From an uncultured Nitrospirales bacterium (lineage in GTDB: Bacteria; Hydrogenedentota; Hydrogenedentia; Hydrogenedentales; JAGMZX01), in assembly GCA_964569295.1 (NCBI GenBank), contig CAZMVU010000003.1, positions 11,005-75,004 on the forward strand: a DNA stretch of 64,000 nucleotides, given 5' to 3'. Positions 26,087 through 36,536 of this stretch are shown here, piece by piece. Made by a program: the position numbers and the translations under genes. The notes under the pieces are model-generated. The model was not told the origin of the DNA. It ran no database searches and was given only the letters and a program-made list of their open reading frames with translations. Numbering within the stretch: position 1 is the stretch's first letter; each line of letters starts with the position of its first letter.

Positions 26087-28438
26087 ATGCGTGTAGGTTC
26101 AGTGATAGCGGTTGCCGTAGTTATCATTTCGCTCGCCGGCGTGCTGGGCTACTGGCTGGGCGAGGTCTCCGTGCCGGAAGCGAACTTGCCGGGCAATGGC
26201 GCAATAGCCACCGAAGAAGGGCCGGCAGAAGAAGACCCGGACCGCCCCCAAGTGACCATCGATCCCAACGCGCCCCCGGTCTTTTTTCATGCCCACGCCA
26301 CGGCCAACGAGTGGAAAGTGGTGGCTGGCGAGATTGCCATGGCGGCAGAAGCGGGACTGCACCAATATGTCGTAACCGTTCGCGCGCCGTATGAGCCGGG
26401 CGCGGACATGCCCAAGGTGGCGGACCAGTTGCAACGGGTGATTGATGCCGATCCCGAAGCGGTATTTCTTGTGCGGGTGCAGCTCAATCCGCCCGGGGCC
26501 TGGCTCAAGGGGAACCGGAACGCAGCCGCGCACATCGATGGACAGGCGATGCGCTATCCCACGCCGGCCTCGGCGGCATGGGAGGCGCAGGCCAAGGACG
26601 CCTTGGGGGTTCTCGCGGAGCAGCTCGCGCGCCTGGAACGCTTTGATCGCCGTATCATGGGGTATGTGCTCTGCGCACTCGAGGACGATGCCTGGTCGCG
26701 CCCGGGTTACGACACGGCGGCCGACAACCGCGACGGCTTTCGCCGTTGGCTTGCCCGCCGCTATCCGGATGCTGAAACGCTGCAGGCGGCGTGGGGCGAT
26801 GACAGCGTGAGCGCGGACACGGCGGAAATCCCCGCCCCTCTTTCGAACGGCGACACGGCGTCGGTCTTCTTTTCGTTGCCCGAGGAGCAGAACCAAGTGG
26901 ACTTTCTGCGGTATACGGCGGAATCGACGGCAGACGCGATCGCCGCGCTGACCACGCACCTCAAGAAGCGGTTGCGTCCGGAACAGCTCGTACTGGCGTC
27001 TTATGGCTATACCTTCGAGCATTTCGACGCGTACACGGGGCACCTCGGGCTGGGCGCCATTATCGACAGCGATATCGACGGGTTTGTGGCGCCGGTAACC
27101 TATCACGATCGCGCCTTGGGCGGCACTGGCGCACTCATGGGGCCCGTGCATAGTGTGCGCCTCCACGGTAAGCAATGGTTTGTCGTGGACGACACGCGCA
27201 CAGGCGTGGGCTATGAACGAGAGACCGGGCGGCTGACGCGCATGGAGGGCCTGCGTGGGGAAGATGTCTTCAATGTGCAGCGCCGTAACTTTGCCACCGC
27301 ATTGGTGGGCGGGTTGGGGCTTGTCTGGGCAGACCCCGAGGGTGAGGGCTGGTTACACGACCCTGAGCAGTGGCGTGTCTTCCGCGGCATGCTCGATATT
27401 TACCGGGACTACACCGGCCCGGGCGCCGGTGGCACAGATGCGCGGGAGGCGGCTGCGCCCGCGGAGACACCGCTGGACCAGCAAGGACGTCAGCTCACCG
27501 TGGTGATCGATGAGCGCAGCCGCTTTTACCAGCAGGTCGGCGAACCGTTGAGCGAACTGCTGTACAACGCCACCCGCAACGCCGCGTTGCGGGTGGGAAC
27601 GCCGGTTACGTTCGTGCTCTTGCAGGATGTGCTTGACGAGCAGTGCCCGCCCGCTTCGGCCTACCTTTTCCTCAACGCCTTCCGCCTGGATACGCACGAG
27701 CGCGCACGGTTGCACGGCCTGCTCGAACGCCAGAAGGCGGCGGCACTCTGGATGTATGCGCCCGGCTATATAAGCGAAGAAGGCATGGCGGCCGGAAACG
27801 TGTCCGAAACCGTGCGAATGAAGGTGGCGGCCTTTGACGGGCCGGGCCAGAGCGGGTCGTCTTACGCGCTGGCAGGGCGCTGGGTGGGGGAAAACGAGGC
27901 TTTTGGTGCAGCGCATGCCTGGGCGCCCTTGTTTTACATTGACGACGACGAGGTGGATGTGGTGGCGAATTTCAGCGACAGCGGCCGCGCGAGCATCGGG
28001 GTGCGGTTTTTCGAGTCGGGCTGGGCCTCTGTTTTCGTCGCCGAGCCATTGCTGCCGCCCATGGTGATGCGCGAGTTGCTCCACATTCTCGAGCAGCCGC
28101 TCTACATGCGCGACCCGGCCAAGGCCCACTTCGACGCGGTGCGCATTGGCCAGGGAATGCTGGCTATACACGGTCGTGTGGGCGGGGAGCGGTCCATCCA
28201 ATTCGAGGATACCTGCGACGTGTACGACCTGTTCGATCCACGGATTGGCTGGCCGCGGGCACGCGATATTCTCCTGCCTCTGCGCCGTGGCGAGACGCGC
28301 CTCTTACGTCTTGCACCCACTGACACAGAAGTTTCAGGAACCGCGGAAGACGCGCCGCACCCTGGGGAATCCAGCGTTGACCCGGCGATAAACGCCGAGA
28401 AGACAGAACAGGCGCCGTTGACAGGCACCGCGCAATAG
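26087..28438 (+). CDS. N-terminally anchored hypothetical protein, GH42-like (glycoside-hydrolase-like TIM barrel) by weak pattern
   Basis: The start ATG 26087 lies 1 nt after the synthase stop. The anchor is VIAVAVVIISLAGVLGYWL. The segment FRRWLARRYPDAETLQAAWGDD resembles the F..WL...Y......LN.AWG signature of GH42-type enzymes. No catalytic residues could be assigned by eye. Confidence 0.45.
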   Translation: MRVGSVIAVAVVIISLAGVLGYWLGEVSVPEANLPGNGAIATEEGPAEEDPDRPQVTIDPNAPPVFFHAHATANEWKVVAGEIAMAAEAGLHQYVVTVRAPYEPGADMPKVADQLQRVIDADPEAVFLVRVQLNPPGAWLKGNRNAAAHIDGQAMRYPTPASAAWEAQAKDALGVLAEQLARLERFDRRIMGYVLCALEDDAWSRPGYDTAADNRDGFRRWLARRYPDAETLQAAWGDDSVSADTAEIPAPLSNGDTASVFFSLPEEQNQVDFLRYTAESTADAIAALTTHLKKRLRPEQLVLASYGYTFEHFDAYTGHLGLGAIIDSDIDGFVAPVTYHDRALGGTGALMGPVHSVRLHGKQWFVVDDTRTGVGYERETGRLTRMEGLRGEDVFNVQRRNFATALVGGLGLVWADPEGEGWLHDPEQWRVFRGMLDIYRDYTGPGAGGTDAREAAAPAETPLDQQGRQLTVVIDERSRFYQQVGEPLSELLYNATRNAALRVGTPVTFVLLQDVLDEQCPPASAYLFLNAFRLDTHERARLHGLLERQKAAALWMYAPGYISEEGMAAGNVSETVRMKVAAFDGPGQSGSSYALAGRWVGENEAFGAAHAWAPLFYIDDDEVDVVANFSDSGRASIGVRFFESGWASVFVAEPLLPPMVMRELLHILEQPLYMRDPAKAHFDAVRIGQGMLAIHGRVGGERSIQFEDTCDVYDLFDPRIGWPRARDILLPLRRGETRLLRLAPTDTEVSGTAEDAPHPGESSVDPAINAEKTEQAPLTGTAQ

Positions 28439-28509
28439 GCGGCCCAAGCGGTTCAATAGGGCGGGTATTCCCGCCGGGGGGAGTCATAGGGCTGGCCATA
28501 GACAGCGCG

Positions 28510-29337
<828 letters not shown>

Positions 29338-29712
29338 TATCCTTCCTCAGCCAATAGTGCCGGCTACCCGGCACGAAAACTTTTGCGCGCACGGTAATAC
29401 AATTCACGCCGGGGACGAGCAACCGGGGCCCGTCCACCTGAGTATAACAAGGCACAAGGGCTCTGCCCTTCCCATTGTCCATTTGCGGCACCGTAGCGCC
29501 GACTGCCTCACATTCCATCATACGCAGGCTTGCACGGGATCTCAAGCATAGAGCACCTGCTCTGTCAACACGGAACAGTGATTGTAACCTGCTGCCATTG
29601 CACGGCTTGTCAGGCTAGCCCAACCCCCGTTGGCCGTTGCTCTTCTGAAACCGTGTTGCGGTGGTAGCTGTCGCGGTGAGGCTATACAAAACGCGCTTGC
29701 ACCACACCCTGG

Positions 29713-29741
29713 TTGACATGTCGCTGCGTGCAAGGCACAAT
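29713..29741 (+). promoter_or_regulatory. candidate promoter TTGACA - 17 nt - CACAAT ending 7 nt before the tadA ATG
   Basis: TTGACA at 29713-29718 and CACAAT at 29736-29741. No SD is visible before ATG 29749. Confidence 0.3.
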
Positions 29742-29748
29742 CGCCGCC

Positions 29749-30237
29749 ATGCTCGATCCCCACGAACGCTACATGCGCTATGCCTTGCGTGAAGCCCAGC
29801 GCGCCGAAGAGGCGGGTGAGGTACCGGTGGGGTGTGTCATCGTGTGCGACGATGAGATCGTCGGCAAGGGCTGTAATCAGCGAGAGTTGTTGCAGGACCC
29901 GACGGCCCATGCCGAGGTCATTGCCATTACCGCCGCGGCCAATGCGTTGCGTTCCTGGCGCCTGGAGAACACGCGGATGTACGTCACCCTGGAACCCTGC
30001 GCAATGTGTGCGGGCGCCATCATCCTCGCGCGTATTCCCGAAGTCTACTTTGGCGCCTTCGACACGAAAGCCGGGTGTGTGGGGTCGCTCATGAATCTAC
30101 TGGCCGATGCCCGCTTCAACCATCGGCCGGCGGTTTACCCCGGCATTCTTGCCGATGAGTGCGGCGCCTTGTTGTCCAACTTCTTCCGCGGTATACGCGA
30201 ACTGGGCCGCGATCGCAAGAAAGAAGGACTGAACTGA
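29749..30237 (+). CDS. tadA: tRNA adenosine(34) deaminase
   Basis: YMRYALREAQRA...GEVPVGCVIV...HAEVIAI...LEPCAMCAGAI are the CDA zinc motifs (HAE, PCxxC). Confidence 0.9.
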   Translation: MLDPHERYMRYALREAQRAEEAGEVPVGCVIVCDDEIVGKGCNQRELLQDPTAHAEVIAITAAANALRSWRLENTRMYVTLEPCAMCAGAIILARIPEVYFGAFDTKAGCVGSLMNLLADARFNHRPAVYPGILADECGALLSNFFRGIRELGRDRKKEGLN

Positions 30238-30261
30238 AGGGACTGCTTTGAAGGACTACTC

Positions 30262-31278
30262 ATGGACAAGCACATAACACGGCGGGGATTTCTGGGCGGC
30301 GCCGCTGGCCTGGCGGCGGCACTGGGCGTGCACTATAAGGCCCATGCCAAGCCGGCAGCCGAACCGTGGACGTTCATACACGTTACGGATATCCATGTCG
30401 GGTCGCCGCGATCGTTTCGGTTTGCCCCCGCCTGGAACGAAAACTGGCAGACCGCCCGCAAGCAGATTGTTGACCGGAAGCCGGACTTGCTTCTCGTGGG
30501 CGGCGACCTCACCCGCGACGGTTCCATTCACCGGTTCGAACTCGAGGCGATCAAGGCTGACCTCGACGCGCTGCCTTTCCCATACCATGTGACGCCGGGC
30601 AACATGGATACCGGCAACAAACACACCGGCAAACAGGGAGTGCGCAAGAACCGCGACGACCTCGCACTCAACATGACCTCCGCACAACTGAAGCAGTTTG
30701 AGGACGTCTTCGGCCCGCATTGCTGGACGTTCCTTCACAAGAACGTGCGCTTCTCCAGCTTTTGCGACATGGTGGCTGGCTCGGGTCTGCCGGAAGAAGC
30801 GCCGTTCTGGGAATGGATGGAAGCCCAGGAAGACGCGGCACAGGCAACCTGCCACGTGTGGATGATGCACTCGGCGCTGTTCACCGAGACGCTCGACGAA
30901 CCGAACTACGACATCGCCGACCCCGACGAATACCTCAACTGGTACTTCGGCGTCGACGAACCGCACCGCAGCCGAATCATGAAGACCCTCAAGGCCACTG
31001 GCGCCGACCTGCTGTTGAGCGGGCATGTGCATTGCCGGCGCTGGCGCGAGGCGGAAGGAGTGCGGTTTCACATCAATCCCTCGACCGCCTTCAAACAGTG
31101 GGGCGGCCACTGGCCCGACGGCGATGACAGCCTCGGTTTTGTCGAGTACACGGTGTCGGCCGGGGACATCACGGCGGAGTATATCCCGCTGGCGGCCGAG
31201 TCCCACGCAAAAGGCTATGGCCCAGGTGGCCATCCCAAGCCCGAAGAACGCGATTACACCATAGCCTGGGAGAAGTAG
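30262..31278 (+). CDS. TAT-signal calcineurin-like metallophosphoesterase
   Basis: TRRGFLGGAAGLAAALG leader, FIHVTDIHVG, LLLVGGDLTRDG and LLSGHVH motifs. Confidence 0.8.
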   Translation: MDKHITRRGFLGGAAGLAAALGVHYKAHAKPAAEPWTFIHVTDIHVGSPRSFRFAPAWNENWQTARKQIVDRKPDLLLVGGDLTRDGSIHRFELEAIKADLDALPFPYHVTPGNMDTGNKHTGKQGVRKNRDDLALNMTSAQLKQFEDVFGPHCWTFLHKNVRFSSFCDMVAGSGLPEEAPFWEWMEAQEDAAQATCHVWMMHSALFTETLDEPNYDIADPDEYLNWYFGVDEPHRSRIMKTLKATGADLLLSGHVHCRRWREAEGVRFHINPSTAFKQWGGHWPDGDDSLGFVEYTVSAGDITAEYIPLAAESHAKGYGPGGHPKPEERDYTIAWEK

Positions 31279-31317
31279 TCTCTCGCCGCGATGCGCGCTG
31301 CACCGGCCTGCTTTTTC

Positions 31318-31326
31318 TGGTATAAT
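31318..31326 (+). promoter_or_regulatory. extended -10 promoter element TGgTATAAT upstream of the aldolase/dehydrogenase genes
   Basis: Perfect TATAAT at 31321-31326 preceded by TGG, 36 nt before ATG 31363. The -35 region is weak. Confidence 0.45.
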
Positions 31327-31362
31327 CGCGCCTTCACCGCAACTAACCGGGAACGAAATGTC

Positions 31363-32118
31363 ATGCCTGAAGTGCTCGAACAACTGATCGAAATGTCGCA
31401 ATACCTCGGTGCGCCCGGCCGGCCCTACGCCATCCTTGGCGAAGGCAACACGTCCGCACGCATCGACGACGACACTTTCTACGTCAAGGCCTCCGGGACC
31501 ACCCTGTCCACCATTGGTGGGGAGGGGCTCGTGCGGGTGTCCATCAGCAAGGTCACCGCCATCCTGGACGATAAGAATGCCGGCGACACCGAGGTCAAGC
31601 AGGCGCTCGAGGCATCCCGCGTCGACCCGAATGAGCAGCAGATGCCCTCCGTCGAGACCGTGATGCACGCCTTGCTCTATCGATACCCTGAGTACCGCTT
31701 TATCGGCCACACGCATCCGGTGGCGATCAATGGCCTCATGTGTTCGGAAAAGGCGGAAGAGGCCGCCCTGGGCCGGCTCTGCCCGGACCACATCGTGGTG
31801 TGCGGCCACAAGTCCGTTTTCGTGCCCTACGTTGATCCGGGCCTTGTGTTGGCGCGGGAGGTGCGCGACCGGGTGGCACGGTTTGTCGAGGAGGAGGGCG
31901 TGCTGCCCAAGTGCCTCATGCTCGAGAACCACGGCATCTTCGCACTGGGCGACTCGGCGCAGCAGGTGAAAAACATCACCGATATGGCGGAGAAAATGGC
32001 CAAAGTACTCCTTGGCGCGTACGCCGCCGGTGGGCCGCGGTTCATGAGCGAGGCCGACATCCGCCGCATCGATTCGCGCCCGGACGAGCACTACCGCCAG
32101 AAGCTGCTCGCAAACTGA
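31363..32118 (+). CDS. class II aldolase/adducin-family protein
   Basis: YAILGEGNTSARIDDDTFYVKASGTTLSTI and HTHP motifs. The start was trimmed to ATG 31363. Confidence 0.8.
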   Translation: MPEVLEQLIEMSQYLGAPGRPYAILGEGNTSARIDDDTFYVKASGTTLSTIGGEGLVRVSISKVTAILDDKNAGDTEVKQALEASRVDPNEQQMPSVETVMHALLYRYPEYRFIGHTHPVAINGLMCSEKAEEAALGRLCPDHIVVCGHKSVFVPYVDPGLVLAREVRDRVARFVEEEGVLPKCLMLENHGIFALGDSAQQVKNITDMAEKMAKVLLGAYAAGGPRFMSEADIRRIDSRPDEHYRQKLLAN

Positions 32119-32288
32119 AACGGGCGGCAGGGAGCGCTGCTCTGTGAGCAGCCGTCTTTTCCCATGGCACAAAAAGGTTTGATTCGCCATCGGGAGGGCG
32201 AGCGTCCCCGCGAGCCGTTCTTGAAGAAGTTGGCCGCGGGCTTGTCCGCCTCGGGCCGGCCTTTCCTGAAGACTACAAGGAGATTACC

Positions 32289-33908
32289 GTGGGTAAGCTG
32301 GAAGAATACAAACAAGCGGACGCCCCCCTGCCGGAGCAGTACGAGGCGTGGCAGGTGTTCGGCGCCGGCATGGAGAATGTCGGGCGCAACGGCAAGCCGG
32401 TCAGCCTGCCGCTTCGCACGCCGAAGGAAAACGAAATCCTGGTGCGGGTGGACGTGCTCGGCCTGTGCCTGTCCGACATGAAAATCATCAAGCAGGGCAG
32501 CAACCACGCGCGTCTGCGCGGCCGTGACCTCTCGAAAGACCCGACGGTCCTTGGTCATGAGTGCGCGTGTACGGTCGTTGCGGTGGGCGATCGCTGGAAG
32601 GATACGTTCCAAGCCGGCCAGCGCTACATCGTGCAAGCGGACATTTACGTGAACGGCGTGAACTATGCCTTCGGCTATATGATACCCGGCGGGCTCGCGG
32701 AATATGCCTACCTCGACGAGCGCGCCCTCGATGGGGATGATGGCTGCTACCTGCTCCCCGTGCACCCGGAAACCGGTTACAGCCAGTCCGCGCTCGCCGA
32801 ACCGTGGGCCTGTGTCGAGATGTCCTATTGCCTTGAAGAACGCCTTGCGCCGGCGGACGGGGTGCCGCTCATCGTGACCGATGCCGCGCAGGAAGCCTGG
32901 GCGGGCCGGTTTCCCAAGGCGGAGTTTCTGCCGCGGTCGCTCGCCGGGCTCGATTTGCTGCAGGAGAAGTCGTACAAAGACATAATCGTCCAGAGTCCCA
33001 CGCCGGACATAGTGAACGCCCTCGGTGGCATGCTCGAGAAAAACGGCAACATGTGGTTGCTGGGCGCGCCGGCGCAAGACGGCGCGGTCACGCTCGATGT
33101 AGGCGCTATCCACTATGAGAACAAGCGCTTCTTCGGTGGCGGCGACACCCTCGAGGAAGTGGCCGAGGCCAACCGCCGCAATGATCTGAAGCCCGGCGGC
33201 ACGGCGCTGTTTATCGGTGCGGGCGGGCCCATGGGCCAAATGCACGTGCAGCGTGCCATCGAAAAGCAGGATGGTGCAAAGGTTGTTGTGGTGACCGACC
33301 TGGACCGCGGCCGGCTTGACCACATCGTCCACAGCTTCGGGCATATGGCGGAGGAGAAAGGGGTTGCCCTGCACACGTTGGCGCCGAGCGACTTCGATAG
33401 CCAGGATGCCATGAATGCGCGCATCGCCGAGTTGGCGCCCAACGGCTACGACGACGTAGCCGTGCTCGCACCCGTGCCCGCCCTTGTAACTCAAGGGGTC
33501 GAACTGTCGGCGGACAATGCGTTCGTGAATATCTTCGCCGGGCTGGTCATTGGCACCAAAGCGGCCGTGCCGCTCAATAAGCTGTGCCGGGGGGTGAAGC
33601 TCATCGGATGCAGCGGCAGCCGGATTCGTGATCTCCGCCGCATCCTCGAGATGGTCGAAGACGGGGAACTCGACACCAACCGGTCGGTAGCGGCGATTGG
33701 CGGCTTGCGCGCCGCCCACGAGGGACTCAAGGCCGTGCGCGACGCGACGTATCCCGGGAAGACCGTTATCTACACGCAGATTCCTGACCTGCCGCTGATG
33801 GCGTTGAACGAATTGAAGGATAAGCTGCCGGAGGTCTACGAAAAGCTGAATGTAGCGGGCGGTTGGACCAAGGAGGCTGAGCAGGCCCTACTGGAGCGGT
33901 ACTTGTAA
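32289..33908 (+). CDS. zinc-type medium-chain dehydrogenase/reductase (long form, sugar/polyol(-phosphate) dehydrogenase-like)
   Basis: ILVRVDVLGLCLSDMKI...GHECACTVVAVG (catalytic Zn ligands) and a Rossmann ALFIGAGGPMG. At 539 aa it is longer than typical MDRs. Confidence 0.75.
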   Translation: MGKLEEYKQADAPLPEQYEAWQVFGAGMENVGRNGKPVSLPLRTPKENEILVRVDVLGLCLSDMKIIKQGSNHARLRGRDLSKDPTVLGHECACTVVAVGDRWKDTFQAGQRYIVQADIYVNGVNYAFGYMIPGGLAEYAYLDERALDGDDGCYLLPVHPETGYSQSALAEPWACVEMSYCLEERLAPADGVPLIVTDAAQEAWAGRFPKAEFLPRSLAGLDLLQEKSYKDIIVQSPTPDIVNALGGMLEKNGNMWLLGAPAQDGAVTLDVGAIHYENKRFFGGGDTLEEVAEANRRNDLKPGGTALFIGAGGPMGQMHVQRAIEKQDGAKVVVVTDLDRGRLDHIVHSFGHMAEEKGVALHTLAPSDFDSQDAMNARIAELAPNGYDDVAVLAPVPALVTQGVELSADNAFVNIFAGLVIGTKAAVPLNKLCRGVKLIGCSGSRIRDLRRILEMVEDGELDTNRSVAAIGGLRAAHEGLKAVRDATYPGKTVIYTQIPDLPLMALNELKDKLPEVYEKLNVAGGWTKEAEQALLERYL

Positions 33909-34696
33909 TGCAGTTACTGGACGGCAAAAAAGCGATCGTTACAGGCGCGGCGCAGGGCCTGGGCGCCGCCATTGTAGATCACCTGTGCGAAGCCGGCTGC
34001 GATGTCGCCGCCTGGGACATCAGCGTCGAGCAGGTAACAGAGACCGCCCGTGCCGCGGGCGAAAAGCATGGCTGTGCGGCCAAGGGCCTCTCGGTTGATG
34101 TGTCCGATGCGGCGGCCGTGCGCGCGGGAGTGGATGAATCGGCGGCTTTCCTTGGCGGGCTCGATGTGATGGTGTGCAACGCCGGCATTCTGATTTCCGG
34201 TGACTCGGTCGAGTTCGAAGCCGATCGCTGGCGTAAGGTTATCGATGTAAACCTCGTGGGCTATTTTCTCTGCGCCCGCGAGGCCGCGCGGATCATGGCG
34301 CCTCGCGGCGGCGGCAGCATCATTCAGATCAACTCGAAGTCCGGCAAGAAGGGCTCCTTCAAGAACAGCGCCTATGCGGCGTCGAAGTTCGGTGGCATCG
34401 GCGTTACCCAGAGCCTCGCGCTTGAATTCGCCGAGGCGGGTGTACGTGTCAACAGTCTGTGCCCCGGCAACTTGCTCAACTCGCCCCTGTGGGTAAACAG
34501 CCTCTTCAAGCAATACGCCGCCAACCAGGGTATCACTGAGGAAGAGGTGCGCCAGAAGTATATCGACCAGGTGCCCATGAAGCGTCCCTGCGAATACCGC
34601 GACGTCACGAACGTGGTTGTGTTCTTCGCCTCCGACATGTCCAGCTACATGACTGGCCAAGCCATCAACGTCACCGGCGGCCAGGAAATGCGCTAG
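33908..34696 (+). CDS. srlD: short-chain dehydrogenase, sorbitol-6-phosphate 2-dehydrogenase-like
   Basis: TGAAQGLG. The long stretch VNLVGYFLCAREAARIM...IIQINSKSGKKGSFKNSAYAASKFGGIGVTQSLALEFAEAGVRVNSLCPGNLLNSPLW...INVTGGQEM closely parallels E. coli SrlD as I remember it. The ATG overlaps the upstream stop (TAATG). Confidence 0.8.
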   Translation: MQLLDGKKAIVTGAAQGLGAAIVDHLCEAGCDVAAWDISVEQVTETARAAGEKHGCAAKGLSVDVSDAAAVRAGVDESAAFLGGLDVMVCNAGILISGDSVEFEADRWRKVIDVNLVGYFLCAREAARIMAPRGGGSIIQINSKSGKKGSFKNSAYAASKFGGIGVTQSLALEFAEAGVRVNSLCPGNLLNSPLWVNSLFKQYAANQGITEEEVRQKYIDQVPMKRPCEYRDVTNVVVFFASDMSSYMTGQAINVTGGQEMR

Positions 34697-34723
34697 GGAG
34701 CAAACGGGGGATAGGCATCTTTG

Positions 34724-34758
34724 CGGACCGATGCGTGGGGCGAATCCACACCGGTCCG
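34724..34758. terminator. stem-loop between convergent genes (CGGACCG ... CGGTCCG with inner GTGG/CCAC pairing)
   Basis: Read directly from the sequence. It sits between the srlD-like stop (34696) and the coiled-coil gene stop (34869). There is no clear U-tract. Confidence 0.3.
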
Positions 34759-34868
34759 GCCGAAGGGTCTTCATGAAGCACGCTACTCACCGCGTCACGG
34801 CGGATACCCTGGCACGAAACGGCATGCCCGGGTATACGTACAATGGTCCCCGGGCGAAAAAACGCTGC

Positions 34869-36221
34869 CTATGCGCTTGGTGCCGTGTCGTCGTAGAAGG
34901 CGGCAATGGCCTTGCGGATGGCGCCGGCGGGGGCCACAACGGCCTCGACCTTCCGGTTCGAGGTGCGTTCGAGGTCTTCGATGGCGACAAGATCGAGGGG
35001 GTTGGACATAGCCACTACAAGGGTTTCCGAATCCGGCACTTGGAGAGGAATGCAGTGGTGCTGGTGGGCGAGGCGGCCCGAGATGAGGCGCACCGCTTCT
35101 GAAACGGGCGGGGATTCCATGAGGTTCACCAGGGGCGCGCCTGTGAGCGCGGAGAAAGCCTGTGCCACCGCCTCGTCGCTGGCGTAGCCCTTGTTCACGA
35201 GGATGGCGCCCAAGTGCGTATGGGGGTTGCTGCGCAACGCGTCTTGCGACTCGGCACGTTCTTCGGGGGTAATGATGCCCGCCTCGATCAGCACATCGCC
35301 CAAGTTGCGCTTTGGATCCATGCCGGCGGCGGCCGCCGCCATGATGCGCGCCCGTTGCGCTTGGTCCACTGGAGGCCCGGGTTGGGGGTCTGTTTGGGCG
35401 TGGCCGGGCTCGGCGGCAGGTTCCAGATTGGCGCTATGGCCGGCTTTTACTTCACGCAAGGCGGCGCGGAGCCGTTCGGCTTCGCGCAACGCGTCGGCCA
35501 GTTGCTCTGCCAGTACGGACTTGGTGCCCTTGGCCATTTCTTCTTGCAGTTGCTGGGCGAGTTCGTCGGCACGCGCCTTTTCCGCGGCGGCCATCTGGCG
35601 CAGTTCGTCCGCCTGTTGTGCGTCGAGGGCGCCTTGCTGGGCCTTCTGAAGTTCGGCAAGTGCGGCGTCTTTCTCAGCCAGTTCTTTTTCAAGGGCGGTG
35701 CGCTCATCTTCCCAGGCCGTGGTGGTGTCGTTGGCAGCGCTGACTTGTTCCTGCAGCATGCGTTCGCGTGCCTCGGCCTCGGCCACGCGCTCCCGCAATT
35801 CCGCCAGCACACTGTCGCGGTCGGCCACTTGTTGCGCCAGTTCATCTGCCCGGTGCTGTTCATCTTCAAGGGCCTGTTGCTTTTGATCGAGTTCGCGGCG
35901 CAATGCGTCCCATTGCTCGTTATCGGCTTGGGTCGCACTCTCTTCTGCCGCACTGCACCGGGCCTTGTAGGCATCGAGCTTTTCTTTTACGGCCGCGGCC
36001 CGCTCATCCATTTGCTGGCGATGCGCAGCCAGTTGGTCCAGAAGGGCATCCAAACCGGTCTTGGCCTGGGCGGCCTGTTCGGCAAGCTGTGCTTCGGCCT
36101 GCGCGATTTGTTGTTCCTCGTCGGTAAGAACCTGCTCGAGGGCTTTGAGTGCTTCGTCCTTTGGCGGATCTTGCATCGTATCTGACCTGCCCTTCTTGCC
36201 GTTTTGAGAGGTTTTTTCCAC
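34869..36221 (-). CDS. long acidic coiled-coil protein with C-terminal T2SSE_N/MshEN-like domain
   Basis: 450 aa. Roughly 280 aa are Q/E/A/L-rich heptad-like sequence. The C-terminus NLGDVLIEAGIITPEERAESQDAL...HLGAILVNKGYASDEAVAQAFSALTGAPLVNL...LVVAMSNPLDLVAIEDLE matches the GspE/MshE N-terminal domain pattern. GTG start with AAGGAGAG 13 nt upstream; an alternative ATG is at 36176. Confidence 0.75.
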   Translation of the reverse strand: MEKTSQNGKKGRSDTMQDPPKDEALKALEQVLTDEEQQIAQAEAQLAEQAAQAKTGLDALLDQLAAHRQQMDERAAAVKEKLDAYKARCSAAEESATQADNEQWDALRRELDQKQQALEDEQHRADELAQQVADRDSVLAELRERVAEAEARERMLQEQVSAANDTTTAWEDERTALEKELAEKDAALAELQKAQQGALDAQQADELRQMAAAEKARADELAQQLQEEMAKGTKSVLAEQLADALREAERLRAALREVKAGHSANLEPAAEPGHAQTDPQPGPPVDQAQRARIMAAAAAGMDPKRNLGDVLIEAGIITPEERAESQDALRSNPHTHLGAILVNKGYASDEAVAQAFSALTGAPLVNLMESPPVSEAVRLISGRLAHQHHCIPLQVPDSETLVVAMSNPLDLVAIEDLERTSNRKVEAVVAPAGAIRKAIAAFYDDTAPSA

Positions 36222-36536
36222 CCGTTCCCACGTGCTCTCCTTGGATCAAGTATATTTAGTTTACCGGTTCATGTCAATATTCGAATTATGCGCGGGTGTC
36301 CAAAGAGGAAGCCAAAGGGGGCGCGAGAAACCGGCGAAAACGGAAGCGCGCACGCCCGGGCAGGACGTGCGCACCCCCCTTGGGCAAGGGAGAGGCGCCT
36401 GGCAGCGCCTCGAGTAAGGGAGCAGTGATACAACCCGACGTGACCTCAAACGGGCAGGCTCGATATGAGATGATGCGGTTTGGGTCGCTTGCAGCCTCTC
36501 GCGTTCCATCCTTGCCGATAGTTGATAGCGGGTGCA

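Noticed and set aside
29366-29383. GGCACG-N..-TTTTGC on the plus strand upstream of tadA, resembling a sigma-54 promoter
   Set aside because: The GG-to-GC spacing is 3 nt too long compared with the TGGCAC-N5-TTGC consensus.
30256-33719. 644-aa and 542-aa minus-strand ORFs (30256..32190, 32091..33719)
   Set aside because: They lie opposite the metallophosphoesterase, aldolase and MDR dehydrogenase genes, which carry clear catalytic motifs. They are GC-driven shadow ORFs.
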